A DNA stretch of 25,572 bases from positions 1-25,572 of the forward strand of contig CBFGIT010000034.1 in NCBI GenBank assembly GCA_965648905.1. The letters are read 5' to 3'. The notes under the pieces were generated by a model. It was not told the origin of the DNA and searched no databases. It worked only from the letters and a program-made list of their open reading frames with translations. The stretch is from a candidate division WOR-3 bacterium. Lineage in GTDB: Bacteria > Hydrothermota > Tepidihabitantia > Tepidihabitantales > Tepidihabitantaceae. Positions 8,886 through 17,975 of the stretch are shown here, one piece after another. Position 1 is the first letter of the stretch, and each line of letters opens with the position of its first letter. A program made the translations under genes and the position numbers.

Positions 8886-9260
8886 CTAGACCCGACGCTG
8901 TTTCGGCGACCGGCAGCCGTTGTGCGGTATCGGCGTGATGTCGCGGATTGACTTGATATCCAGGCCGGCGTTCTGAAGTGAACGAATGGCCGCCTCGCGG
9001 CCCGGGCCCGGCCCGCTGACACGGACGTCCACGGTCCGAACCCCAAGGGCACTCGCTTCCTTGGCTGCGGCCTCGGCACACTGCCCGGCCGCAAACGGCG
9101 TACCTTTCTTCGCACCCTTGAAGCCGACCCGGCCGGCCGAAGACCACGAGACGACCGCGCCGGCTGGGTCGGCGATCGTCACAATCGTATTGTTGAACGT
9201 TGTCGTGACATGGGCGATGCAGGCCGGCGGAACCCGACGTTTGGCTGATTTCCGTGCCAT
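8886..9260 (-). CDS. rpsK: 30S ribosomal protein S11
   Basis: [39 protein letters not shown] and [11 protein letters not shown]. Confidence 0.98.
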   Translation of the reverse strand: MARKSAKRRVPPACIAHVTTTFNNTIVTIADPAGAVVSWSSAGRVGFKGAKKGTPFAAGQCAEAAAKEASALGVRTVDVRVSGPGPGREAAIRSLQNAGLDIKSIRDITPIPHNGCRSPKQRRV

Positions 9261-9261
9261 G

Positions 9262-9657
9262 TTACTTCTTCCCCGGTGGCCCGGCGACCTTCACCTTGAC
9301 CACACCCGATGTCTTGCGCGGCCCCTTACGTGTGCGCGCGTTGGTCCGCGTGCGCTGACCGCGCACCGGCAGCCGGCGCCGGTGTCGGTCACCGCGGTAG
9401 CTGCCGATTTCGATGTACCGCTTGATGTTCGCCGATATCTCGGCCCGCAGTTCGCCCTCGACCTTGAAGGAACTCTCGATCTCCTTGCGGATGCGGGCGA
9501 CCTCTTCTTCGCTCAGTTCCTTGACGTAGCGGTTTGCATCAATACCGGCGGCGTCGAGAATCCGGCGGGCGGAAAACAGCCCGATGCCGTAGATGTGCGG
9601 CAGGGCGTAGAGGATTTTCTTGTTGTCGGGCAGGTCAATACCCGAAATACGAGCCAC
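9262..9657 (-). CDS. rpsM: 30S ribosomal protein S13
   Basis: [21 protein letters not shown] and YRGDRH...[20 protein letters not shown] start with AGGAGG RBS. Confidence 0.98.
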   Translation of the reverse strand: MARISGIDLPDNKKILYALPHIYGIGLFSARRILDAAGIDANRYVKELSEEEVARIRKEIESSFKVEGELRAEISANIKRYIEIGSYRGDRHRRRLPVRGQRTRTNARTRKGPRKTSGVVKVKVAGPPGKK

Positions 9658-9721
9658 TAAGCCTCCTGTTCAGAGCTTAATCAGATGCCAAGGAATCCAG
9701 TATCCGTACAGTGTAAAGGGT

Positions 9722-9751
9722 AATATATAGCCGATTCAGGGCCGAAGTCAA
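9722..9751 (-). promoter_or_regulatory. sigma70-type promoter of the rpsM (alpha) operon
   Basis: Minus strand TTGACT followed by TATATATT (N16-TATATA or N18-TATATT) in an AT-rich patch ~65 nt upstream of rpsM. Confidence 0.65.
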
Positions 9752-9813
9752 GCATCGCGGCCCGCCCTGAAAGCAGCCCGGTCCCGACGCTCGCGATTCT
9801 GGCTCGACCATCC

Positions 9814-10197
9814 TCAGCCGACCCGCTGCACCTGCCAGTCCTCGCCGACCCAGAGCAGCTCGACGCTGACGTCAAGACCCCACTCGTTGACCCGCGCGCC
9901 CGCCTGCGCAAGCTGCTGCAACTGGGTCTCCTTGTCCTCCGGATTGCCCGCACAGTCATGGTGGGCGACAATCGCGACGTGCATCGACCCGTGCTTCAGC
10001 ACCGAGACCTGCACCCGCCGTCTGATTGACTCAACCGCAACCGCGTCATCTGCCTGAGCCAGAATCCGCACCGGCCCCGGCTCGGTTATGGTATCAACGT
10101 AGTCGGCACGAAAAGCTCGCCTCAGCCACTCATTGACCGGCAACTGAGTCCGGCCATCCATGCAATTGATGGCAGTGACAAACCGGCCGCGGCTCAC
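9814..10197 (-). CDS. Small carbonic anhydrase-like protein (beta-class-like metal ligands)
   Basis: AINCMDGR, YVDTITEPG and AHHDCAGNP (CxDxR / HxxC). Start placed at GTG 10197 after GGAG. Confidence 0.8.
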   Translation of the reverse strand: MSRGRFVTAINCMDGRTQLPVNEWLRRAFRADYVDTITEPGPVRILAQADDAVAVESIRRRVQVSVLKHGSMHVAIVAHHDCAGNPEDKETQLQQLAQAGARVNEWGLDVSVELLWVGEDWQVQRVG

Positions 10198-10273
10198 GCA
10201 CAACTCCGGCTCGCAGGAGTATGCGCGACCATCATCACCGGCACATGACAACCGGCGCCAGTTAACACACCTC

Positions 10274-10301
10274 ATGCTAACAGAGGAAGATACTCAGTCA
10301 A
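10274..10301 (-). promoter_or_regulatory. Putative sigma70 promoter for the carbonic anhydrase-like gene
   Basis: Minus strand TTGACT-N16-TAGCAT with extended -10 TGn. Confidence 0.5.
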
Positions 10302-10368
10302 GCTCACCGCCCGGCAAGACAGGTCGGCTATCAGCGCACCGAACACGAACCGATAGACCGCGGCTTCC

Positions 10369-10396
10369 TTGACCGCACGTCAGGAGCGGCTACACT
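10369..10396 (+). promoter_or_regulatory. Putative sigma70 promoter for the cation transporter gene
   Basis: TTGACC-N16-TACACT, 8 nt before ATG 10405. Confidence 0.5.
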
Positions 10397-10404
10397 CCCG
10401 GCAG

Positions 10405-11052
10405 ATGAGAATCGCAACTGACAACTCACCCTGTCCGTCTACCTGCCGGCCGAGGCTGAGCCGACAGGCACTCCTGCTTTCATACTTCACCGTCAGCTAC
10501 AACCTACTGGAAGGTATGCTCTCACTGCTCGCCGGCGGGCTGGCCTCAAGCGTCGCGCTGGTCGGGTTTGGGCTCGACAGCTTCACTGAATCAGCCTCCG
10601 GCGCCATCATGATATGGCGCTTCAGCCAGACCCGGTTGTCTGAACCCGAAGAACAGCGGGTCGAGGCAAGAGCGACCAAACTCGTCGGCTGGTCCTTCTT
10701 CGTGCTGGCGGCCTACGTCATCTTCGAGGCGGCCAGAAAGCTCATTACCGCCGACATCCCGAGGCCGAGCCTGGCGGGCATCGTCATTGCGGCAGTTTCG
10801 CTCGTGGTGATGCCGGCTTTGTTCCTTGCGAAGCAGGCCGTCGGTCGCAGACTCGGCAGCCAGAGTCTGTTGGCCGATTCCAAGCAGACTCTGGCCTGCA
10901 CCTTCATGTCGGCGGCCCTGCTCACCGGTCTTCTCCTCAACCGGCAGTTCGCATTCTGGCAGGCCGACCCGATTGTCGGGCTCCTCATTGGAGCATGGCT
11001 GGTGCGCGAAGGCGTCGAGACCATCCGCGAAAAAAGACTCTGCAGTTGCTGA
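10405..11052 (+). CDS. Short cation diffusion facilitator-like (cation efflux) membrane protein
   Basis: TVSYNLLEG, SVALVGFGLDSFTE, PRPSLAGIVIA, LGSQSLLADSKQTLAC and WQADP. About 6 TM helices, no cytoplasmic dimerisation domain, Cys at both termini. Confidence 0.85.
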   Translation: MRIATDNSPCPSTCRPRLSRQALLLSYFTVSYNLLEGMLSLLAGGLASSVALVGFGLDSFTESASGAIMIWRFSQTRLSEPEEQRVEARATKLVGWSFFVLAAYVIFEAARKLITADIPRPSLAGIVIAAVSLVVMPALFLAKQAVGRRLGSQSLLADSKQTLACTFMSAALLTGLLLNRQFAFWQADPIVGLLIGAWLVREGVETIREKRLCSC

Positions 11053-11233
11053 CCAGCACCTGACACCGGGGTGACGACTCAGAACCTGACTGCAGCACGA
11101 ACACCCTGACGTCGTCGCTCGGACAACATTCCGGGTGCGCATCCTCAGGCGCTATCGTTGTGGCTCTTCTGGTGACTTGCGCGGCTGGGACAGGCGCGGC
11201 CAGAGGCACAACCCTTGCTGATGCCATCGAACA

Positions 11234-11265
11234 GCAGGGCGGCGAGTTCCGCCTCGCCGCCCTGC
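11234..11265. terminator. Perfect 13-bp hairpin between convergent units, probable terminator
   Basis: GCAGGGCGGCGAG-TTCCGC-CTCGCCGCCCTGC. Followed by TGTT on the minus strand, so the U-tract is weak. Confidence 0.6.
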
Positions 11266-11266
11266 C

Positions 11267-11297
11267 CTGTATCCTGTGTCCTGTATGCTGTCTACTG
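11267..11297. repeat. Degenerate heptamer tandem repeat (CTGTNNN) x4
   Basis: CTGTATC CTGTGTC CTGTATG CTGTCTA CTG. Confidence 0.65.
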
Positions 11298-11301
11298 CCG
11301 G

Positions 11302-11514
11302 TTATCTCATCAACACCGCTTTCTTGACATTGCGGTAGTCAGGAGTGTCGAGCCCGTAGAAGTAGATGCCCCTGGGCACGGTTCTGCCGCGCTGGTCAGT
11401 CGCGTTCCAGACCGAGGTGTACTTGCCCGGCTTCTGCATGCCCTCGACCAGGCTCTTCACCATTCGGCCGCTTGCGTCGCACACTTCGATGTTTGCGTTG
11501 CCGCGACGCTGCAT
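11302..11514 (-). pseudogene. Orphan FlgD/T9SS-like C-terminal sorting domain (gene remnant)
   Basis: GNANIEVCDASGRMVKSL...KPGKYT..W...D.RGR...GIYFY.LD....VKKAVLMR closely parallels the end of the 18390..22226 protein. No signal peptide or passenger domain. Confidence 0.65.
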
Positions 11515-11523
11515 TATCTGTAC

Positions 11524-11969
11524 CTACTTGGGCGGTGGCCGGTGAGGAGTCACGTAAACCGGCTCAGACCAGTCGTAGAACTGGTGTTCGAGTCGGCGTG
11601 TGCGGAAGAGAACCTGTGGGCCGGTCTCATCTTGGTACAACCAGAGGACAACCAGCACCGGCGTAACGGTCACGCCGGACTCGTCACGCACAAGCAGCAG
11701 CGCAGGATTGGAGACATGCTCCTTGGTAAGCCGGATGGCCGGTGGCCGGCCCGTCCTCGGTAGTTCTCGCTGGTCTGGTACCAAAGTCCGAGGCTGTCTA
11801 CTGAGACTCGGTGCTCAATGCCGAGCCGGTCTTTCACCTCAGCGCTGTCCGGAAGAGAATCGCACCAGACCTGGGCAATGGCCTTGTGGAACCGCTCACC
11901 GTCGGCTCTGCTCCACGCCGGCAGGGCCACCGAAACCAACGCGACCAGCGCAAGCACGATGCTCTTCAC
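11524..11969 (-). pseudogene. Small secreted protein split by an apparent frameshift near 11745-11765
   Basis: ORF 11670..11969 has a clear signal peptide (MKSIVLALVALVSVALPA) and reads plausibly to WYQTSENY. Plausible sequence continues in ORF 11524..11784 (PAIRLTKEHVSNPALLLVRD...WSEPVYVT). Confidence 0.5.
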
Positions 11970-13754
11970 CTAGCGCACCACCAGCTTCCGTGTCAGACAT
12001 CTGCCTGCGGCCGAAAACCGCACCAGGTACACACCGGCAGTCACGCGATGGCCCTCGTCGTCGCGACGATTCCAGCACAGGGAGCCGACGCCGGACCTCG
12101 CAGTTGCGGTCAGGTCTCGCACCAGCCGTCCGGCCGGGTCGTAGATGCCGAGCGACAGCCCGCTCCTGCTGTGAGGCCCGAAGGTGACGTAGGTCTCGCG
12201 CGTCATCGGGTTGGGACAGACCACGAGCCCGAAGCTCCGCATGTGACCCTTGGGCGCTTCGGCCATGGCCGACGGTAGAATCCTGAACACGTGGTCTGAG
12301 ACATCTGAGCGCCAGCCCGGTCCGTACGCAACCACCTTCACCAGGCACGAATCCGAGGGCGTCGCAGGCACGACCCACGGCCAGACGGTATCGCTGGCCG
12401 GAATGCCGGTGGCCAGGGTGTCGTAGCTGCTGCCATTGTCCAGCGATAGGAACAGGGAGAAGGAGTCGCACCTCGGCGGCTCGAACTTCTGCCATACGAT
12501 GCTCGTGCTGTCGCCGGGCGCAAGCGCCTCGCCTCCATTCGGGGCTCGCAACCTGACTGCCTGCACGGCTATGACAAAGGAAAGGTTGTTGCCCGAGGAG
12601 ATGACCTCGTTGTACCCGTCGTTGTTGATGTCGTAGATGGCGATGTCAGCGCAGTTCCCAGCCTGGTTATTCCAAGTGGCGACGCGCTCGTACTGATGCG
12701 GACCCAGGGCCTTGTAGTAGTGCAGATGCGTGCCGGTAGACCAGACCACTTCCTCGACTCCGTCGCCGTCCACGTCGCCGCAGGCGCTCTGCCGCGACCA
12801 CATGTACGCCGAGCAGTAGGCCGAATCAATGAAGACCGAGTCGTAGGCGTTGTTGCCGGTTGCCTCAATCTGGTACAGGTACAAGGTCCACGTGCCGTCT
12901 AGTTCTGCGAAGCCGACGAAGAACTCGGCCCGGCCATTCTGGTCTGCATCCCGGCCATACCAAACGTCGTGCCCGTTCAGCCGGTGAAACGAGAGCGAAT
13001 CGACCAGTGCATAGGCATCGTCGCCGACGCACTCCCAGATGCGGAACGGAGAGATACGCCCAGCGCCCACGCCGCCGAATTCGGTGCTGCCATCACCATC
13101 AAGGTCGCCGATGGCGAACATGCTGATGTCCCGGTCGCGGGGTCGCGGCAGCAATGCGGCAAGCCGGCAAGAGTCATCCAATACGTTCTCGAACACCAAG
13201 ACTCTATCCTTCTGAATGAGAATCTCGCTCCGGCTATCCCTGTCCAAGTCGGTAAGATAGCCACGCTCGCTGTGCGCAGCGTTCGTGTCGTACCGGGCAT
13301 ACCACGCAAGCGATTCGGGGTACGTGTCGAAGGTCCTGGCTTCGTGCTGGCAGACTACCAGGAATAAGGTGTCCGTCTGGAGCACTTCGCCATTCTCGCC
13401 CGTGAGGTCGGTCAGACTATCGGCATCCAGATACCCCGCCGTGTTAGGCAGCAGGTTGCCCGGCTCAATGCCCTGGGGGCTGGCATTACCGGTATCCCCG
13501 TAGACGAAGGTGAAGGTGGCGGGCGGGGTCCACTCAAAGAACCCAAGCCCGATTCGGCCAATGTCCCGATAGGTCGTACGGAGAAGAAGCTCGCCTCGAC
13601 CATCATGGTCAGAATCGAAGACAACCATGGACCCGTTCGTCATCCCCTGAGTCAGGCTTGTCTCTTCGACGATACGCAAGCTGCCACGGCACGGCTGTAC
13701 CGCGACCATCAGCATACCGCTGAGGAAAACAAGCCTGCTCAGGGGAGGTCTCAT
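11970..13754 (-). CDS. Secreted FG-GAP/VCBS-repeat beta-propeller with Ig-like (PNGGE) domain and T9SS/FlgD-like CTD
   Basis: Seven DxDxDG-type loops (DSDHDG, YLDADS, DLDRDS, DLDGDG, DADQNG, DVDGDG, DINNDG); APNGGEAL..G....IVW; CPNPM...IYDPAGRLVR...GVYLVR...KLVVR. Confidence 0.85.
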   Translation of the reverse strand: MRPPLSRLVFLSGMLMVAVQPCRGSLRIVEETSLTQGMTNGSMVVFDSDHDGRGELLLRTTYRDIGRIGLGFFEWTPPATFTFVYGDTGNASPQGIEPGNLLPNTAGYLDADSLTDLTGENGEVLQTDTLFLVVCQHEARTFDTYPESLAWYARYDTNAAHSERGYLTDLDRDSRSEILIQKDRVLVFENVLDDSCRLAALLPRPRDRDISMFAIGDLDGDGSTEFGGVGAGRISPFRIWECVGDDAYALVDSLSFHRLNGHDVWYGRDADQNGRAEFFVGFAELDGTWTLYLYQIEATGNNAYDSVFIDSAYCSAYMWSRQSACGDVDGDGVEEVVWSTGTHLHYYKALGPHQYERVATWNNQAGNCADIAIYDINNDGYNEVISSGNNLSFVIAVQAVRLRAPNGGEALAPGDSTSIVWQKFEPPRCDSFSLFLSLDNGSSYDTLATGIPASDTVWPWVVPATPSDSCLVKVVAYGPGWRSDVSDHVFRILPSAMAEAPKGHMRSFGLVVCPNPMTRETYVTFGPHSRSGLSLGIYDPAGRLVRDLTATARSGVGSLCWNRRDDEGHRVTAGVYLVRFSAAGRCLTRKLVVR

Positions 13755-13769
13755 GCTAGTGTCTCGGCG

Positions 13770-16700
13770 TCACCTCGACAGCACCACCTTGCTGCGGTGC
13801 TCTGCGCCATCCACCTGCATCCGCAGGAAGTACACGCCGGCCGGGAGCTTGCGACCACTCCTGTCGTCCCCGCGCCAGGAGACTGCTCGCTGGCCAGGCG
13901 TGCAAAGGACGCCGTTCAGCAGTTCCTTCACCACGCGGCCGGAAGCATCACAAACCTCGAGGTTCACGCTGCCGACACTCGCTAGCTGGAAGGCGATGCT
14001 CGTCGAGGTGGAGAACGGACTCGGCGAGCACGGCAGCAGTCGAGCTTCGCGGGCGAGCCGGGCCGGCTCTGCCTGCTGTCCCTCACGCTGACGCGGCGGG
14101 TTCACCTGATAGAGCGCCAAACCAGCCAGAACTGCGTACTGGCCCCTCAACCGCGAGATGCTGAGCTTCACCGCGGCATCGTTCGCGTAGAGCCTAGTCG
14201 GCAGCTCAAGCCAGAGCGTATCTATCCCGATTGAGTCGAACTCAACCGTCCGCAGCAGAACGCCGTCGGCCAGGATGTCCTGCGACCACTCGCCCTTACC
14301 AGCATGCGCCACCAGCAACCGCAACTCGTAGCCGTACAAGGGATCTAGATAGGGAAGCCTGTACTCCAGCGACTTCGAGCCGATGTCAAACCCAAGACCA
14401 CGGAACCTGACTCGCGAGTCGCGCTTGAGGCAGTAAGGCGACGGCAACGACTCGCCCACACCCGCGCTGTAGTATGAGCCGGGCAGCTCCGGGCCGCCGT
14501 CCATGGGGACGTGCCACCGCCTAGAGTAGCCGATGCGGTACAGGTAGCCGGGTACCTCTTCCTCGGTCCAGATGGACCGAATGCAGTCCGGTGGGGTTAG
14601 GCCGCCTGGCCCGCTGAGCTCAACATCGCAGTGGGGCCAGCGAGAAGGCGTGGGCGTGGCGCTGAGGTTGAACAACATATCATCGGTCCACTTCCCACGC
14701 GCCTCGTGGTTCTGCTGGTTGTAGGTATGTTCCTGCCAACCGGTGAAGAAGCCAGTGGACACCACCGGGAACTCTGATAGACAGCCCTCATAGCGAACGT
14801 CCCAGATAGCACCCCACTCATAGATGAGGTCCTGCACGCACCGGGCCTTGCGCTGGATGCTCGTTTGCTCCGGGATTATTTCGCTGTGGGTGAAGGCAGC
14901 ATGCACGCTGTCGCCCCAGGCCTCGACGAACGGGCTGTAGTAGTACCCAGCATCGGTGATGGCCACCGGGCTGGCGAAGTCGGTCGGCTGGAGGCCCTGA
15001 ACCTTGACCAGCCAAGGCAGCAACTTCCGCGACGTGGTGTACTTGATGAAGCTCTGGTCGTGGTCCTCGGTGATGTCGTATTCCCAGACGATGTGCAGCG
15101 AATCGCCCGGCGTCCTGGCAATGCAGGGATTGCCCATGACGAGATAGTTCGGCTCGATTGCCTGGTCGAGCGTCACTTCTTCATGATACACTCCGTTCTG
15201 GTCGAATGCGACTACCACGACCCGCGAGAAGTCGGGACCTATCGGATTCTCGGGGACGGACTCCGGGAACACGGCATAGCCGAGGTCGTAGAACGGGTCC
15301 GGCACGTGCTCGTCAACGAGGTTCGAGACAACCAGCGAAGGTGCACCGAGGTAGAAGTCGTTCGAGGCGTACAGGAGTCGTTCGGTCCAACCCGTGGCGG
15401 TCTTTATCTTCGCAACCATATGGTTCATGTCGACGTACGCGACCCAAGGTCTGTTGTTGCGGTCGATGTCGACCGTGGGCCAGCAACCAGGCCCGAGGTC
15501 CTCCACGGTCCATGACTCGCCGTCGTCCGTTGAGGCGGCATAGTGAACTCCGTCGGCCGACACGTAGACCATGTGCAGGTCACCGGTCTGCGGGTCGCGA
15601 ACAAGGTGTCGGCCGTTGTTCGGGGCCGTTGCGTCAGATGTCGTGGAGTACAGAGCCCCTGCCCCGGTCTCATGGTAGACCAGCACGTGGCTCTTGTATC
15701 CGTAGTCTCCGCAGACGGCGAACAGGTTGTTGATTGGGTCATAGGCCAAGGGCCCAAGGGACTCGAAGCCGTTGACCTCTTGAACAATCGAATGCGACTC
15801 GCAGTCGATTACCAGGAACTCACCCGTCGTGCACGTCACGTAGAGCCGGTCCTCGACGTAGATCAAGTTGTCTGCCCGCCGGCCATCAAGGTCCAGGACA
15901 TAGCTGCACGTATTGGAGACGCCGTTGATGAACCAGATTTCCCGGCTGTACACGTCTGGTTTCATCAACAGGTACACCTCGTTCCGCCGGGTGCCGACCG
16001 CGATAGCCATGGGCCGCGTTGACGGTTCCGTATGCGTGGCGATGAACTCGTTCGTGGTGCCGTCAACCACAACGTACCCCCCGGGCCCGCCGTCATAGTC
16101 CTCACCAGCGTCGTCATCGTACGCTCTCTGAACGCCGATGAAAAGCCGGTCGTTGTGCGCATCCCAGACCGGGAAGACCGCGTCCTGCTCGTCCGGTAGC
16201 TCCAGGCGAGCTATGAGCGTGTTGGCCGTGCCGTCGACAATGTACAGACTGTCGCTCTCGCCGCAGACATAGACCTTGTCATCATCCGCGTTCCAAGCCA
16301 TCCGGGAACTCTCGTCGCACTCATGGAGTTCGGCAATGCTCGTGATGAGGGTGTTGTTTGCGCAGTTGTAGATGTTGAGCTGGTCGCGAGCAGGGCAGTA
16401 GAGCTTGTCCCCGGCCGGCTTCCAGAGAAGCTCGCGCAGATAGCTGCGGGCCGCTGGGACCGGCATCTGCGTGACGTGCTGGTTAGTGGCAGCATTGAAC
16501 ACGTTTATGACACCCGTGCTGCCGATGATTGGCCCAGAGCCGACATAGTAGTCGCCGTCGACCGGATTAACCGCCATCCCTGCCGGGCCGACTACTCGCT
16601 GACCCCAGGTCGCGTGGCCGCCCACTGCGTCCACGTCGGCTACCCACCAGTCACCGATACACCGCGTCAAGAAACGGCCCGAGACCGGGTTCCACCAAAT

Positions 16701-17975
16701 CCGGCTGGCCCGGCACCCCAGTTGCTCGAAGTCCACGCACTGCCCGTTCGAGAGGTTGACCTGGCACAGCCGGTCGTTCCAGGAGGTGCAGACCAAGTCT
16801 TGGTTTCCATAGCCGGGCCAAACCGACGTCGCGTAGAGCTCGAACGACTCGTCTTCGTCGAGGTGGATATCGTCGAGTCTCTGGTGTGTCGCAGGTCGGA
16901 TGACGCCGAGCCTGCCCATGCTCGCTGTGAAATGCAGCCCTCCCAGCGGCGGCAGCGGCTGCACGTACAGCCTGTCGAGGTTCTTGTACAGCAGGTCGCC
17001 CACGGGGAAGTTGTACTGGTAGTTGCGATGGGTAATCTGCATGGACACAGGGGAGAATTCCTCGACTACGTTCACAGGCGTGAGTTCGGGGTAGAGGAGG
17101 TTGCCTGCAAACACGGACTGCATGTCGTCCACGTTCACCATCACCCAAACGTCGTCCGTGAATCCCGTGACCCAGTCGAGTATCTGATTGGAGCCGCAGT
17201 CAATCACCGCGACTGACTGATTCCCCTGTGTACTAACGCAGACCCGGTTGTTGCAGGCCGGTGTGGCAGTGATGGCGGAGCAGTCAAGGTCTATCATGTC
17301 GATGACCGTGTTCGAAGCCACATCGACGACTGTCACGTCTTCCGTTAGTCCGGCAACGCAGTACAGGCGCCCGCCGCAGAGGGCGAGTCCGGAGTACCCG
17401 TAGCCCCGCGGACCGTTCCCGACGGTCGCTATCTGGGTCACCTGGTAGCTGGTGAGGTCCACGGACGCGAGTTTCGCACCGGCATAGTCGTAGTACAAGC
17501 AGTACAGTCTATTCCATGCCGACGCGACCGCAACCTTTACCTCTTTCTCCCAAGGCAAAGCCCCGGGCACGACGCTGAGGTTGATTGGGGGCGCTACCGG
17601 ATTGAGAGACGGGCCGTAAACATACAGTTTCGGCAGAGCGCCGTCCTCCCAAGCGAGAGCGTAGAGCAGACCCCGGTCGGGGTCATACGTCAGGTTGTGG
17701 CAGCTCTTGCACTCGACCGAGGCAACGGTCGCTCCGGAAGCAAGGTTGTAGCAGCATAGACGGTCGGAGAAAACACCCCCGGCGTATGCTAGCCGCTGCT
17801 CGCCATTGAGCGCGATGCAACTGGGCCAGGAAACGCCCGAGTTGTTGTTTGGCAGTATTACCGAACTCTGGTATTGCAGGCCGTATAGGCCCGAAGCAAG
17901 CACTAGGCCGAGCATCGCCAGACTGGCGAGTAGCCGACCGCGTACTTGCACCTTTCCAACCTTTCCAACATTCAT
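13770..17975 (-). CDS. Large secreted protein: YVTN/YncE-like propellers, BNR-type propeller, beta-sandwich and T9SS/FlgD-like CTD (1401 aa)
   Basis: Signal peptide; AAGGAG RBS; repeated YC/VIDC..N/VDG..N blades; STDDGESW Asp-box; PSPFS...DASGRVVK...GVYFLR...KVVLSR. Confidence 0.85.
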   Translation of the reverse strand: MNVGKVGKVQVRGRLLASLAMLGLVLASGLYGLQYQSSVILPNNNSGVSWPSCIALNGEQRLAYAGGVFSDRLCCYNLASGATVASVECKSCHNLTYDPDRGLLYALAWEDGALPKLYVYGPSLNPVAPPINLSVVPGALPWEKEVKVAVASAWNRLYCLYYDYAGAKLASVDLTSYQVTQIATVGNGPRGYGYSGLALCGGRLYCVAGLTEDVTVVDVASNTVIDMIDLDCSAITATPACNNRVCVSTQGNQSVAVIDCGSNQILDWVTGFTDDVWVMVNVDDMQSVFAGNLLYPELTPVNVVEEFSPVSMQITHRNYQYNFPVGDLLYKNLDRLYVQPLPPLGGLHFTASMGRLGVIRPATHQRLDDIHLDEDESFELYATSVWPGYGNQDLVCTSWNDRLCQVNLSNGQCVDFEQLGCRASRIWWNPVSGRFLTRCIGDWWVADVDAVGGHATWGQRVVGPAGMAVNPVDGDYYVGSGPIIGSTGVINVFNAATNQHVTQMPVPAARSYLRELLWKPAGDKLYCPARDQLNIYNCANNTLITSIAELHECDESSRMAWNADDDKVYVCGESDSLYIVDGTANTLIARLELPDEQDAVFPVWDAHNDRLFIGVQRAYDDDAGEDYDGGPGGYVVVDGTTNEFIATHTEPSTRPMAIAVGTRRNEVYLLMKPDVYSREIWFINGVSNTCSYVLDLDGRRADNLIYVEDRLYVTCTTGEFLVIDCESHSIVQEVNGFESLGPLAYDPINNLFAVCGDYGYKSHVLVYHETGAGALYSTTSDATAPNNGRHLVRDPQTGDLHMVYVSADGVHYAASTDDGESWTVEDLGPGCWPTVDIDRNNRPWVAYVDMNHMVAKIKTATGWTERLLYASNDFYLGAPSLVVSNLVDEHVPDPFYDLGYAVFPESVPENPIGPDFSRVVVVAFDQNGVYHEEVTLDQAIEPNYLVMGNPCIARTPGDSLHIVWEYDITEDHDQSFIKYTTSRKLLPWLVKVQGLQPTDFASPVAITDAGYYYSPFVEAWGDSVHAAFTHSEIIPEQTSIQRKARCVQDLIYEWGAIWDVRYEGCLSEFPVVSTGFFTGWQEHTYNQQNHEARGKWTDDMLFNLSATPTPSRWPHCDVELSGPGGLTPPDCIRSIWTEEEVPGYLYRIGYSRRWHVPMDGGPELPGSYYSAGVGESLPSPYCLKRDSRVRFRGLGFDIGSKSLEYRLPYLDPLYGYELRLLVAHAGKGEWSQDILADGVLLRTVEFDSIGIDTLWLELPTRLYANDAAVKLSISRLRGQYAVLAGLALYQVNPPRQREGQQAEPARLAREARLLPCSPSPFSTSTSIAFQLASVGSVNLEVCDASGRVVKELLNGVLCTPGQRAVSWRGDDRSGRKLPAGVYFLRMQVDGAEHRSKVVLSR

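Noticed and set aside
11041..11110. Selenocysteine read-through at CSC-TGA of the CDF gene
   Set aside because: The downstream hairpin is weak and lacks a bacterial SECIS apical G loop; the extension is not protein-like.
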